IMG/VR virus record: IMGVR_UViG_3300010354_000051
Span: 32,001-96,000 of that record
From: a virus
Length of the DNA: 64,000 bases
Strand: one strand, 5' to 3'
The first letter of the stretch is position 1, and each line of letters begins with the position of its first letter. Position numbers and translations under genes: made by a program. The notes under the pieces are model-generated. The model saw only the letters and a program-made list of their open reading frames with translations. It was not told where the DNA came from and searched no databases. Positions 29,706 through 39,683 of the stretch are shown here, piece by piece.

Positions 29706-32700
29706 TCACTGCTCCTCCCAGGTTAGGGAATTTACAACAGAGAGCTGAGACGAAGGTTGGATAGTGGAAGATGTAGACTCCCACATTGCGTATACACAAA
29801 GTATATCTACCTCGTTTGTTAGCGGGTAGGAAATATACTCTTTGTTGTAGGAGAAGTAATCAGTCAGGTCAAATTGAGAACCTCCGTTGTTGCAGTACAG
29901 GGAGAAGATAGTATTGCCCGTATTGGCCACTGGAGACAGCCTGAAGTCCTGAGAAACCGAAGCCCCGGATAGCTGAGCTACGGATTCAAAACTACCTACT
30001 CGATCAGACTCGTTCCACTTTTTCTGGTCCTCGTACTGGCTATGGGTAAACTGACCAGTGAATAGGGTTGACAGACCGGCATTACTAAATGTGTACATTC
30101 TGACCGGCATTAGGTTACCATACACATTATATGGTTCTACTTGAGGTTGGTAGTTTTGGATGTAGATCTTAGTGCCTTTTTTGAAGAATCTGACCAGAGC
30201 GGGGACTTCTAGTGCATCGGGGACAGAACCAAACCCGCCCGAAGGGACGGATTTTGTAGGTAGACTTCTCATATAGCAGAAGAAGTAAGACCCGGAGTTC
30301 GGCAACAAAGCACTTAGCGAGGCGTAGTTGCCACTGGTGATGTTAGTTCCGGAGACAATTTCTTTCGGAGCTGTCCCCGAACCGAGATTGAACCCTAGCC
30401 CTTGGTTAGAGCTGAGGGTGTAGATAGGATAGGAGTAGGTCTGGGACAGAGTACTATTGTCTAGGTTATTAGTAATAAGCAGAGGATTTTTAATGAAGTT
30501 TATGGTAAGGATATTGCTATATGATGTCGAATCTACCACGCCGATGCCAAACTTAATCGGATATAGCTGGATCCGGTTTCTGATCGGGGTGCCGGAAGAA
30601 TTGCTTACTTCGTCTTTAGCCCTGAGAGACATTACCGACCTTTGTTTCCTGGGAACAATCAGGTCTATAGAATCGCCATTAGAAAAGCCGCTAATCGCCC
30701 CGTTGAAGTACAGCCGGATTTTGTCCGTACTTTCATTCTCGGCCCAGATAACTTTTAGTGTAACGTTATTCTTCAAATAAGACCCAATAAGTAGATCTTT
30801 CTCGGCCTGAGTAATGCCACTGGAAGTGGAAATGCAGAAGTAGTTGGACAAAAGCGGAGTTGTTACAGTGGTTTTTATACCACTGAAAGCCACATTCTTT
30901 GAATAGTCTGAAGACTTGGACAGCAGTTTAACCGTGCCTTTATCCCCACCATCAATATAATAAGATGCACCGTACTTAACCAGAATACTCTTCTGGCTAG
31001 GCAAACCGTTACTCAGGCCGGAGTGAGTTAGATAAGTAATTGGCAGTGTAGCATTACCCAACGAGGCCACATCGTGCTGGTTAGAAGATCGCATGTGGTG
31101 TACTCTGACCCACCTCGCTTCTCCACTAGATACAGGGACATAACAAAGGAATAACGCACCTACCGCACCATACCAGCTAAACTCGATCTTCCACATTGTC
31201 ACTTTAGAAAAGTCAATGTTATAGACAGAAGTATCGGTCAGAACTTGGTTGTCGATTGTTACCGGATCTCCAGGTCTCTTAATGCCAGTATCTGCCGGGT
31301 CTACGTTTGCAGTGGATACGTCGCTCCAGCGTAGAGTGTTTACTTCACCATTGAGCTGGTCGCCGCTGAACATAGCACGAACCGGACGCCACTCGTACAC
31401 CATTCTGTACTGCGGAGGGACGCAGATCTTGAACCACTCCTTCAAGGTGATGTTTTTTACGCCAGGAGTGGTGCTGGAGGGGTTATAAGCTACGGTTCGG
31501 TGGGCGGTTGGGAAAGCAGCATTATACTGAGCGCTGGTAACTTGGCTACTACCCTGGACCGATACTAGCAAGTTCCAAACTTTCACTCCACTATAAGTTT
31601 CACTAGGAGAGCTGTCATAACCAAATCTGGAATTAGTATCGTCTACATCCAGAATTGTCAGATCGCTGCTGGTAACCACATTGATTTCCGAACTGAAGCC
31701 CGTTCCGCCGCCTCTGCTTAAGTTGGTCACAAGATGCTCCCATTTACAGTGAGCATCAAGTCTAATATATTCAGATTCGGGCTTGAGGAAAGAGTCGTTG
31801 GCTTTCCAAGTATTATAATCGCTTAGGTTATAGGTTTCCTTTTGATCGAAAGGGAATTCGTATTGGCGATTCAGCAAGTGCTCTATCGAGTTGCCAGCAG
31901 AGTCTATATAAGCTAGTCTTACAGCATAGCCCTCATTAAAGGTATACTCTGACAAAGTGCTTGGAGACGCTTCTATATTCCGCACGTCATCAGGGCTGTA
32001 ACAAAGGCTTGGATCGTAAATTGCTGCAGCGACATAGCACAAGCCATTTCTATAAATTACCGGGTCTACACCTACCACGCCCCAGTTACCCTCTTTGATG
32101 TTGCTAACCCCGGCTGCAGTATCCCCAGTAACCGCATTCCATCTTTCCGGAGTGGCTTCAATACCGCTGGGTTGACTAGGAATCAGGGCCTGGGTACGTC
32201 TGACACAGTGGAAGTCATTCTTGTCCCCGCTATTAAAAATTTCAAAGTAATACCCGTCATACTTATCAAATATGCCCCACTTTTTGATAGTAGGAGCGCC
32301 TTTCATTATATTTCTGCTAGGTGTAGTATTTGAATAAGTTGAGCGGGTTTTATTCATCTTCACACCCATGGTAGAGGCTGATACTCTACCAGGCTGATAG
32401 CGGAAGAATCTCTTAGAGGTTAAGATGGCAGTTCTGCCACTCGACGCTACTATCTCAGCTCCGGCTTCTTGAGGGATATGGTTTACCCCGGTGCCCGTGG
32501 TAGGGTCATTCTCAATCGGGAATTGGGACCATTCGGACGGGTTTACATCATAAGTATTTACGTCAGCAAAAATACCCAGAGCTACTTCAGCTCGGGGTAT
32601 ACCCAATAGAGACAGAGCAACTTCAGACTGAATCTTATTCTGTTCTTCTACAGGTAACGGAGCCTGATCTTCTGCGAATACAACAGGCAAAGAGTTTTGG

Positions 32701-32762
32701 GCCTTTTGCTGACCAAGAGGTACAGCAGCAGTTTTACCGATTATGGTCTGTCTGTTAGCCAT
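29706..32762 (-). CDS. very large virion structural protein (RYQPG family, paralog of 25674-29702)
   Basis: FRYQPGRVS, MWKIEFSWYGAVGA, KYGASYYIDG. Confidence 0.75.
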   Translation of the reverse strand: MANRQTIIGKTAAVPLGQQKAQNSLPVVFAEDQAPLPVEEQNKIQSEVALSLLGIPRAEVALGIFADVNTYDVNPSEWSQFPIENDPTTGTGVNHIPQEAGAEIVASSGRTAILTSKRFFRYQPGRVSASTMGVKMNKTRSTYSNTTPSRNIMKGAPTIKKWGIFDKYDGYYFEIFNSGDKNDFHCVRRTQALIPSQPSGIEATPERWNAVTGDTAAGVSNIKEGNWGVVGVDPVIYRNGLCYVAAAIYDPSLCYSPDDVRNIEASPSTLSEYTFNEGYAVRLAYIDSAGNSIEHLLNRQYEFPFDQKETYNLSDYNTWKANDSFLKPESEYIRLDAHCKWEHLVTNLSRGGGTGFSSEINVVTSSDLTILDVDDTNSRFGYDSSPSETYSGVKVWNLLVSVQGSSQVTSAQYNAAFPTAHRTVAYNPSSTTPGVKNITLKEWFKICVPPQYRMVYEWRPVRAMFSGDQLNGEVNTLRWSDVSTANVDPADTGIKRPGDPVTIDNQVLTDTSVYNIDFSKVTMWKIEFSWYGAVGALFLCYVPVSSGEARWVRVHHMRSSNQHDVASLGNATLPITYLTHSGLSNGLPSQKSILVKYGASYYIDGGDKGTVKLLSKSSDYSKNVAFSGIKTTVTTPLLSNYFCISTSSGITQAEKDLLIGSYLKNNVTLKVIWAENESTDKIRLYFNGAISGFSNGDSIDLIVPRKQRSVMSLRAKDEVSNSSGTPIRNRIQLYPIKFGIGVVDSTSYSNILTINFIKNPLLITNNLDNSTLSQTYSYPIYTLSSNQGLGFNLGSGTAPKEIVSGTNITSGNYASLSALLPNSGSYFFCYMRSLPTKSVPSGGFGSVPDALEVPALVRFFKKGTKIYIQNYQPQVEPYNVYGNLMPVRMYTFSNAGLSTLFTGQFTHSQYEDQKKWNESDRVGSFESVAQLSGASVSQDFRLSPVANTGNTIFSLYCNNGGSQFDLTDYFSYNKEYISYPLTNEVDILCVYAMWESTSSTIQPSSQLSVVNSLTWEEQ

Positions 32763-32789
32763 GGAAGATTAGTTAGCTAGGGTAGAAGT

Positions 32790-35045
32790 TCAATCGCCAG
32801 AGTGAACAATAACGTTTCCGTCTGCGATAAAGTAGTCCGATCTGGCAATTGATAGATTGCCACCCAAGAACTCCACTTCTTGGGACAGGTTTTGTACTTG
32901 GGAGATGACAATAGAGTTGTTGTCAACATCAATGCCTACTATCTGATAGTAGCTATTCGGGTTTAATCCGGGCAGATCGGTATTGGTAAAGCCTGATATT
33001 TGTATCCGGTCATTAGCAGTAATATCTGCAGTGGAGGAGATGCCGGAGTAGATTTGGAAACTGAGCATGTCGCTCGAGTTTAACAGCTTAATCGAGTTGT
33101 ACTGGACTTGGTTAATAGTGGTAGAGGATATGGAAAGTACTCTGAAGCTGCCGAATACCACCGTGCCTTTAACTTCATACATATACCCGTAGGGATTATT
33201 CAAGTTGCCTGTTGCAAGTATAGTTTTAGAGTCTGCGCTTAGGTTAGTCAGACCTCCGGGTAAAGTAATTGAGAAAATACCTGCACTTAGTTGGTCGGCT
33301 GTCTGCAAAACCTTAAACGAGCCGGCCAAAGCGCTCTTAGTTTTACTTAAGTCGAGGGTATAAATATCGGCACTTATGCTATTTTTGGCAATTCTGACTG
33401 ATTCGCCTGCGTATGACACGGTCATGAAGATCGGGTCTAGAGCAAACCCTTTCCGAACCTCAATAGCCGCTCGGCTGTAGTTGTTATTATACGTGTCAAT
33501 AAAATCGATTATTGAGTCGTTGTCGCTATAAGCAAGGTTCCCCTGAGCGTTCCACTGGAAAGAGCTTTCCAGTATCAGACCTCTGTCCCCACATGCTCGG
33601 ATAATGTTGGAGTTGATAAGGCTGAAGTCAGTCTGGGTTATTCTCGGGCTGGTTGTGGAGTGCTGGAATATGTTACCTTGAATAATAGCATTTTCGCTTT
33701 GGCTAACTAACAAAGGGCTCACCTGCTCTTCGTAAGCTCGGCCAGACCTTAGAATTTTATTAGACAGGATAGTAGGGTTATTAGAGTTAATTATTACAAG
33801 TCCGCTATTCCCATTGTCGTAAATAGTGCAGTCTGACACAACAATATTGTCCGCATTGCTGAGCTGTAGTGTTACTTCAGACGCCGAGGGGGAATTTAAG
33901 GAGAAAGACTCGTTTCTATTACCGTTAAAGGCTAGGGATCTGATCTTCACCCCGTAGATTCGAGGGTTTTGTGACTGTCCTGAGAAGTTTAATAGACCGG
34001 GGTAAGAAGTGTTAGACGGGCTACATGGCAACCTTTTAATGACCGATCCGTCGCCCACCCCTCTCAAGGTTATGTTAGAATAGTCAATCCCAATATTGCT
34101 AGAGAAATATGTATCGCGGATTGAGTAAACTCCGGCCGGGAAGAAAATATCCTTAATCCCGCCACCGGCCGCAGTAACAACTGCTTGCTGGAAGAATTTA
34201 GTATCGTCTATGGTAAATTTTATCTGATCGCCTGCTGACAAGAGGCTGGACTGAGATAGACCTGAGCACTGTATGAAATTAGACTGAGAACCGACAGGAA
34301 GGGGAAGTATTTCCAGAGTCTCTTTGGCTTTGAGTTTTTTAACTAGGGACGCATCACCACCACCGACTGAAAAAATATCAAACAGGAACGAGGGCAGTAC
34401 CGGATCGTCTTCCCAACTGGCAATTTCAGTGTTGCCCAGATCTCTAAACTGTGCAGATAGGGAAGTATAGCCTACCTTGTTATTACCTATAACGCCTAGG
34501 AATTTAAAGCTAGTACCCCATTGTCTGAATATGATTGGAAGGACAGAGCCAGAAGTACGGGTGAGATTTAGCTGAACATAGTTATCAATATCCCAAAGGT
34601 TAGGGTTTAAAATGCGGGAGTTTTCAGCTTCGGCAGGTTTAACTACATACTCAACTTTTGAGTTAGGTACAATACCTTTAACTTCATCCAAACCGAACAC
34701 AATATATTTTAACTGGGCAAGGTTGGAGTTAGGAGCGGTTGAAGTAGAATAGTCTACATTCCCACCTATTAAATGGCTAGAGACTGTGATAGAGGGAGAT
34801 TCGGCAGGCGGCAGAGAATTATATGCAAATGTTCTTAGTTGAACTCCCGGTTTCAGATAGTCTGTAGCAGACCCTACTATATCCCCCAAGGTAACAATAC
34901 CACTCTCATCAATACTCAGGACATTAGCAGTAAACTCCACATCCCCTACCCCGCTAGCCCCAACATTTTTTATGTTAATGTAGGAGTTTTTGTCCTCAGG
35001 GACCTGAGTAATTACATCTGCTGTTAGTTGGGGGATGTAGTGCAT
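32790..35045 (-). CDS. tailspike-like protein with pectate-lyase-type right-handed beta-helix
   Basis: DIFFPAGVYSI, NITLRGVGDGSVIK and parallel beta-helix Asn-ladder repeats (NIVVSDCTIYDN, NAIIQGNIF). Confidence 0.75.
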   Translation of the reverse strand: MHYIPQLTADVITQVPEDKNSYINIKNVGASGVGDVEFTANVLSIDESGIVTLGDIVGSATDYLKPGVQLRTFAYNSLPPAESPSITVSSHLIGGNVDYSTSTAPNSNLAQLKYIVFGLDEVKGIVPNSKVEYVVKPAEAENSRILNPNLWDIDNYVQLNLTRTSGSVLPIIFRQWGTSFKFLGVIGNNKVGYTSLSAQFRDLGNTEIASWEDDPVLPSFLFDIFSVGGGDASLVKKLKAKETLEILPLPVGSQSNFIQCSGLSQSSLLSAGDQIKFTIDDTKFFQQAVVTAAGGGIKDIFFPAGVYSIRDTYFSSNIGIDYSNITLRGVGDGSVIKRLPCSPSNTSYPGLLNFSGQSQNPRIYGVKIRSLAFNGNRNESFSLNSPSASEVTLQLSNADNIVVSDCTIYDNGNSGLVIINSNNPTILSNKILRSGRAYEEQVSPLLVSQSENAIIQGNIFQHSTTSPRITQTDFSLINSNIIRACGDRGLILESSFQWNAQGNLAYSDNDSIIDFIDTYNNNYSRAAIEVRKGFALDPIFMTVSYAGESVRIAKNSISADIYTLDLSKTKSALAGSFKVLQTADQLSAGIFSITLPGGLTNLSADSKTILATGNLNNPYGYMYEVKGTVVFGSFRVLSISSTTINQVQYNSIKLLNSSDMLSFQIYSGISSTADITANDRIQISGFTNTDLPGLNPNSYYQIVGIDVDNNSIVISQVQNLSQEVEFLGGNLSIARSDYFIADGNVIVHSGD

Positions 35046-35047
35046 GA

Positions 35048-35443
35048 TCAGATGTCGTAAGTAGACAGAGGACTGTGAAGAGTGTAGGATAGTACAGCAC
35101 TTAGTGAATTAGCTGTAGCGCTGCTATGCCATACATACAACTTATCACCTTCCTTAAGGATAATTTTATTGCCGGTGATTACATCGAAGGAGAGGTTAGG
35201 GGGGATATTCTGGCCGCTCAGGAGAAAAGCTGAAGTCGTACCATTGACTATTTTCGCTGATACAGCCAAATTAGTGCTGCTTCTGTTACAAAGAACTAGA
35301 GAGGTTACCAAAGCGAAATTTTTCTGGTAGTCGTAATCAGAATTAGCTGAAACCGGAACTTCTAGCATCAAGCCAGCTACTGACTGCTCGATGTTGTTAG
35401 GAGATGCAAAACTATTAGTAGAGTAATTGGATGGTAAAAGCAT
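35048..35443 (-). CDS. small virion protein, paralog of 50281-50607
   Basis: LVTSLVLCNRSS...IILKEGDKLYV pattern. Confidence 0.7.
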   Translation of the reverse strand: MLLPSNYSTNSFASPNNIEQSVAGLMLEVPVSANSDYDYQKNFALVTSLVLCNRSSTNLAVSAKIVNGTTSAFLLSGQNIPPNLSFDVITGNKIILKEGDKLYVWHSSATANSLSAVLSYTLHSPLSTYDI

Positions 35444-35447
35444 CTAT

Positions 35448-35756
35448 TCAGCTCCAGAGCAAATTGTTGATGAAAGAAGAGGCGTAGAGATTTACGAGAT
35501 CTACTCTGCGAATAGCGGAGAAAGCGCTGGCGGGCTCGCTCTCCACTTCGATAAGGTTTGAGGTAAGAACCAGAGGGGCAGACGTTCCAAAGCCGTCCTG
35601 GACCCGGCCCTGGTCTCTCAGGGCCATATTTCCGGTTCTGCGGGCCGGAACCACGGCGGTAGGTAAACCGTCTGTATCCGGCTCGCCTGTTACATTAGTC
35701 AGAACAACATTTCTATACGTTTTAGAAATGTCGAACTCTGATACATTCTGCGCCAT
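35448..35756 (-). CDS. small hypothetical protein resembling the N-terminus of 44729-45628
   Basis: RVQDGFGTSAPLVL..LIEV..P versus FVEDGRGVKSGLKL...LVEC..P. Confidence 0.6.
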   Translation of the reverse strand: MAQNVSEFDISKTYRNVVLTNVTGEPDTDGLPTAVVPARRTGNMALRDQGRVQDGFGTSAPLVLTSNLIEVESEPASAFSAIRRVDLVNLYASSFINNLLWS

Positions 35757-35770
35757 GTCGAGGTCAAACT

Positions 35771-35826
35771 CTAAAAAGCTTTCAACGCCATTACTCTTTT
35801 CTGAAAAACCGTTGAAAGTAGGGAGA
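35771..35826. promoter_or_regulatory. divergent pair of late-promoter motifs
   Basis: Minus strand GTTGAAAG-CTTTT-TAG (35771-35786) and plus strand GTTGAAAG (35811-35818), 22 and 18 nt from their starts. Confidence 0.65.
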
Positions 35827-35836
35827 AGGAGACAAC

Positions 35837-35983
35837 ATGGACAAAAAGGATCTGGCTATGCTAATTGATGCTTATGCCGATGCGAAATCGACAAAGAATC
35901 AATACCTAATCAAAACCATCGGGTCTCAACTTGAGCAAGTTTTAGACCAACTCTTCCCCGAAATTGATGGCGAGCAACAATAA
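35837..35983 (+). CDS. small hypothetical protein (48 aa, not in ORF track)
   Basis: MDKKDLAMLIDAYADAKSTKNQYLIKTIGSQLEQVLDQLFPEIDGEQQ; AGGAG RBS and a promoter motif upstream. Confidence 0.75.
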   Translation: MDKKDLAMLIDAYADAKSTKNQYLIKTIGSQLEQVLDQLFPEIDGEQQ

Positions 35984-36302
35984 AATATCTATTTATGTAC
36001 TAAGGAAAAATCTAGACCAGTTCCCCAAAAGAGACTCGTGTAGTCTTGGGGATACTGTCATATTGCCTAGTGGGGATATGCTGGTCTGGACTAACTTAAA
36101 CTGGTTCTTATTACCAAGCAGGTTCATCACTGTAGACGAGCTAAAAGAATTCATCAGGTACATTTCTTCTGGCTGGCCTGAAACCTCTGAGTTGTTTTTG
36201 GAAGATCTGGCCCCTCTGATCTCCAATAAGGATTTCCTGGCCAAAGCTTCAGAGGTTTGTTCCCTTATCCGGCAGACAGATCAAATCGCTGAAACCGTCT
36301 GA
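35964..36302 (+). CDS. hypothetical protein
   Basis: 112-aa ORF overlapping the stop of the small upstream gene. Confidence 0.55.
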   Translation: MMASNNKISIYVLRKNLDQFPKRDSCSLGDTVILPSGDMLVWTNLNWFLLPSRFITVDELKEFIRYISSGWPETSELFLEDLAPLISNKDFLAKASEVCSLIRQTDQIAETV

Positions 36303-36989
36303 CAAAGACACCTGATCACAAGAAGCTGATTTTATACACTTGTTCGGCTTGCCATTCTCCACACATACGACTCTTTTCCACGAGCTAACTTCCGGCGGGT
36401 TCAAAGCTATTTGATCTGCAGGTACGTTGGCAATAGCCAAAAACATGCAAGTTAAGTTGCCACAATCCGAATCAAACAGTACTATTTTCCCCGAAGAATA
36501 TGAACTGGCATCAGGAGAGTAATATGGGTATTTACTGATCAGACTCTCGTAAGTATACAACTCAATCTGTTCCGCACTATCTATCGAACACACCTCAGAC
36601 CATTTTGACGGATCGAGATCTCCTGGCAAAACTTCAATATTACTAACAGCCTCATAAACGGTCAAGGTATGGCCATTGTTACTCAGGTATAGTACTTGAG
36701 TACCTTGGGGATAGCTATACGTCGCTACAAATTTAGCAAATCCCCACCTCGGATCCTCTGATTCGTCCGTCCAAGGGACGGAACTTTCCCCCCACTTTGT
36801 ATAAAACTTTCTAAGGGGGTCGTACAGTATAAGGTTAGGATCAGAAAGAACTTCTTTAACTGTCCTGCCACAGGTATTATTAACCCTGCACTTAGTACTC
36901 TTAACCCCCTCTTCGTCCACACCGATGGACTCCAAGGCAGTAATTTGCCCTGGAGTTAAACATCCACCGGCATAGATCCTAGACCCCAT
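36249..36989 (-). CDS. Cys-rich hypothetical protein, probably virion
   Basis: 246 aa with 10 Cys; start overlaps the tail tube stop. Confidence 0.7.
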   Translation of the reverse strand: MGSRIYAGGCLTPGQITALESIGVDEEGVKSTKCRVNNTCGRTVKEVLSDPNLILYDPLRKFYTKWGESSVPWTDESEDPRWGFAKFVATYSYPQGTQVLYLSNNGHTLTVYEAVSNIEVLPGDLDPSKWSEVCSIDSAEQIELYTYESLISKYPYYSPDASSYSSGKIVLFDSDCGNLTCMFLAIANVPADQIALNPPEVSSWKRVVCVENGKPNKCIKSASCDQVSLSDGFSDLICLPDKGTNL

Positions 36990-37417
36990 CAGTTGTAAGT
37001 AAAGTTGTCCATTACAAAGGTCATCTCAATGGTGCTCGGAGCACCACTGGTTCTGTCCACCGTACCGAAGTTCAGGGAGGTGAATTGAGCGTCGGGGATA
37101 ATGATGGTTCTGGAACCTAGGGGTTGAGGGTCTTCGCCGCAGGTTACAGGAGTGATGGTAATGGTTACAAACTCACAACCACTTGACTTCCAGAAGTCGA
37201 CCATATCGTAGTGAATACGGGGGTCGAAGGGGGTCATGATAGTGGCTTCTTGCAGAGTTTTTACACCCTTGAGCTGGAATACTCTTTGACGGATGCCGTC
37301 AGCGTATTGAGAGTTGGCTGCGGTGTCTCTGATGCCAGAAAAAGAAGTGAAGTAGTGACTCCAGGGTGAAGCCTGTACCCAGAATTGGGATTGAGTTGAA
37401 GGTCTAATCTGTAGCAT
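36989..37417 (-). CDS. tail tube protein (T4 gp19-like)
   Basis: 142 aa; YFTSFSG...QYADG...KGVKTLQEATI...SLNFGTVDRTSGAPSTIEMTF matches the tube fold pattern. Confidence 0.7.
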   Translation of the reverse strand: MLQIRPSTQSQFWVQASPWSHYFTSFSGIRDTAANSQYADGIRQRVFQLKGVKTLQEATIMTPFDPRIHYDMVDFWKSSGCEFVTITITPVTCGEDPQPLGSRTIIIPDAQFTSLNFGTVDRTSGAPSTIEMTFVMDNFTYN

Positions 37418-37441
37418 GATTTGTGAGAGGTCGGTCTACAC

Positions 37442-37457
37442 CTACTCAGCTTTCACC
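37442..37457 (-). promoter_or_regulatory. candidate late promoter GGTGAAAG-CTGAG-TAG
   Basis: Intergenic; core 32 nt upstream of the tube ATG. Confidence 0.65.
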
Positions 37458-37458
37458 A

Positions 37459-39393
37459 TTACATATAGTACGGGGCAAATGAACTCCAGTAACCCATTTC
37501 TTCCGTATCGATAACTACACACTCCTTGTGAACCGCTACTCGGTTTAGTCTGAACGCCTTGGAATAAAGGCCGATTAGGAGAGAGACTTGGTCAGGAGTA
37601 AACCACTCATCTCTGAGGGCTTGAGACTCGTAGGTTGCCAAACTCATGTGGATTTTGTTTGCCATGTCGCAATGTTCGCCACAAGGACGGGGAATCATCT
37701 TGATTTCGTCCAGTAGACGTTTTGCAATGTAGATAATGTCGCCTGGAGAGGTGTACTCGTCCACGACAATACGGCTAGACTCAGCATCGGTGTTACTAAT
37801 CCCAATAGCAACCCTCTCCCAACCAACTTCGTCAATACCCCCGTTATTAAACCGTTCGGAGATGAGCTTAGACACTCTGTCTCGGACAGATTTGTCCTTA
37901 AGATCTCCTTGCTCATCAAACTCGGAAAAGTCGAGATTTTCATGGGAGACAGAGGCCTGATCGGACAGTAGTTTACCAATCGCTCTTTCTCCAACAATCG
38001 ATTCGGAGGCTTCTGTAGTGCGCTGCTTAGTGGCTGGTTTTTCAGACATTCCTCCGGGCATTTCAGGAGGTTCGCCTTTAGCCAGCGAGGGAATTTCCAG
38101 CTTATCTCTGATCCAGTCCAGATCCGTTACATCAAAACCTAGCGCTTTAAGCTGAGACATTATCTGCACAACTTTTACCGGATCTTCTCTCTGCTCCAGG
38201 TCTTCAAAGTTACGACGAAGTCTGGGTACAGAAGCCCCAGGATAATTCAGTTCGACTATCCAGCGAATTAAGGTAGCATTGATCGTTTCATCAAGCTGTT
38301 CGCTAAATGCCTTGGCTTTGCGCATTCTGACGCTATCAGCTACGCTATCCCTAGCATAAGAACCTGTAGAGCCCGTATCCTGACCTACTGTCGATTCGCC
38401 ATTAATCAAGAATGAGATCTGCTGATCGATATAGCTGATCATGTTCTCGTAAAGCTCAGGTCTGCCTGCTCCGCCTTCTAGCCACTTAACATCCATCTCA
38501 TCAGGAATTACTATGGCTGTTTCTTGACCTAGTCGCTGCAAAGCAGAGAATAGAGAAGTCACTTCTTCGTCTGGAGTACCCAGGCTAAACTTACCAATAG
38601 CGGTAGGAGTGGTATGTTTGTCTGCGTATTGCAGCCAGAATGACATAAGAGTTCGGCGGAACTCGACCAACGAGTATAGTTGTCTACCTAGACCTGTACC
38701 ATACGGGTCCATTGTATTACTATAAGCCCAATGCCTATGGATTATCATAGAGCGTAGAGGTATAGCGACACCCTCTACCGGAGATTGAATAGTGACCACT
38801 CTCGGGCTCAGAGAGCCGTCCATATTTAGTACGAATTGAAAACGTCTCGGGTCTCTTAGTTTAATCTCCGCCGGAACGACATAATCTCCCTGCCTCATCC
38901 AACATATCTCGCCTACGCTAATACCCAAGATCAAACTTTCGCACATCCCTCGCACAAAAGAATTGAATCCGGAGTTAGATGAAGCTAGCATATCTCTACC
39001 ACGGCTCTGCCTGGTATTGCTGCCCATGTGGTAAATAACTTGTCTGACAAACTCCGCTACCTCTTCATCCCTATCCGAACCGGAGACAGGAAAAACTTCC
39101 CATTTTCTTTGTATAATTTCCCCTACCAGTTTCTCCCAAGCTGAAATAACCGCATTGTCATTAAAAAGACGGGCGTAATGCTCAATTGCTCGAGCACCGC
39201 CCCCGCCTTCTTCGATGAGAATGTCATCTCTTCTGGGGAGGATCGTACCAGCTATGGCGCTGGGTAATCCACCCCAGGTATACGGGTCGGATTTATAGCC
39301 TGCCAGACTCCCCTGGTTAACGCCTAATCCGTACAACCTGTCATTGTAACCAGTCTTTACGACTCGTTTAGGGGACTGTGCAGAGCCGACCAC
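37459..39393 (-). CDS. portal protein (DUF935 / Mu gp29-like)
   Basis: GISVGEICW, PYGTGLGRQLY, WLQYADKHTTPTAIGK, YIDQQISFLINGEST, LIRWIVELNYPG. Confidence 0.9.
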   Translation of the reverse strand: MVGSAQSPKRVVKTGYNDRLYGLGVNQGSLAGYKSDPYTWGGLPSAIAGTILPRRDDILIEEGGGGARAIEHYARLFNDNAVISAWEKLVGEIIQRKWEVFPVSGSDRDEEVAEFVRQVIYHMGSNTRQSRGRDMLASSNSGFNSFVRGMCESLILGISVGEICWMRQGDYVVPAEIKLRDPRRFQFVLNMDGSLSPRVVTIQSPVEGVAIPLRSMIIHRHWAYSNTMDPYGTGLGRQLYSLVEFRRTLMSFWLQYADKHTTPTAIGKFSLGTPDEEVTSLFSALQRLGQETAIVIPDEMDVKWLEGGAGRPELYENMISYIDQQISFLINGESTVGQDTGSTGSYARDSVADSVRMRKAKAFSEQLDETINATLIRWIVELNYPGASVPRLRRNFEDLEQREDPVKVVQIMSQLKALGFDVTDLDWIRDKLEIPSLAKGEPPEMPGGMSEKPATKQRTTEASESIVGERAIGKLLSDQASVSHENLDFSEFDEQGDLKDKSVRDRVSKLISERFNNGGIDEVGWERVAIGISNTDAESSRIVVDEYTSPGDIIYIAKRLLDEIKMIPRPCGEHCDMANKIHMSLATYESQALRDEWFTPDQVSLLIGLYSKAFRLNRVAVHKECVVIDTEEMGYWSSFAPYYM

Positions 39394-39395
39394 GA

Positions 39396-39683
39396 TTAAT
39401 TCATATCTTCTTCTCTTTTGCTTTCAACGACATTTTTGCCTTTAAACACGACTTCTAGATCAAGGATCGAGTTGTAAAGATCAGACCGAGAAATCTGACC
39501 TTTTTCGTACATGTCAATCACTTGTTCTGCCCCTTCTACATAGACTCCGTGCTTGGAGTCTGTGAGGATATTGATTCCTTCCACGCCCTTTGGGCCATTC
39601 TCATTCTTGTCTCTATCGATTTTAGATTTTTTTGCCATAGGAGGAGTTGCGGTGGTAGATACTGAGGCCAGATCTTTTTCCAA
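39396..39683 (-). CDS. hypothetical protein
   Basis: Short ORF just upstream of the portal; likely start MAKKSK near 39638; overlaps the upstream ORF. Confidence 0.55.
   Translation of the reverse strand: MEKDLASVSTTATPPMAKKSKIDRDKNENGPKGVEGINILTDSKHGVYVEGAEQVIDMYEKGQISRSDLYNSILDLEVVFKGKNVVESKREEDMN
39413..39428 (-). promoter_or_regulatory. candidate late promoter GTTGAAAG-CAAAA-GAG for the portal
   Basis: Core 27 nt upstream of the portal start, inside the 3' end of the upstream ORF. Confidence 0.55.
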
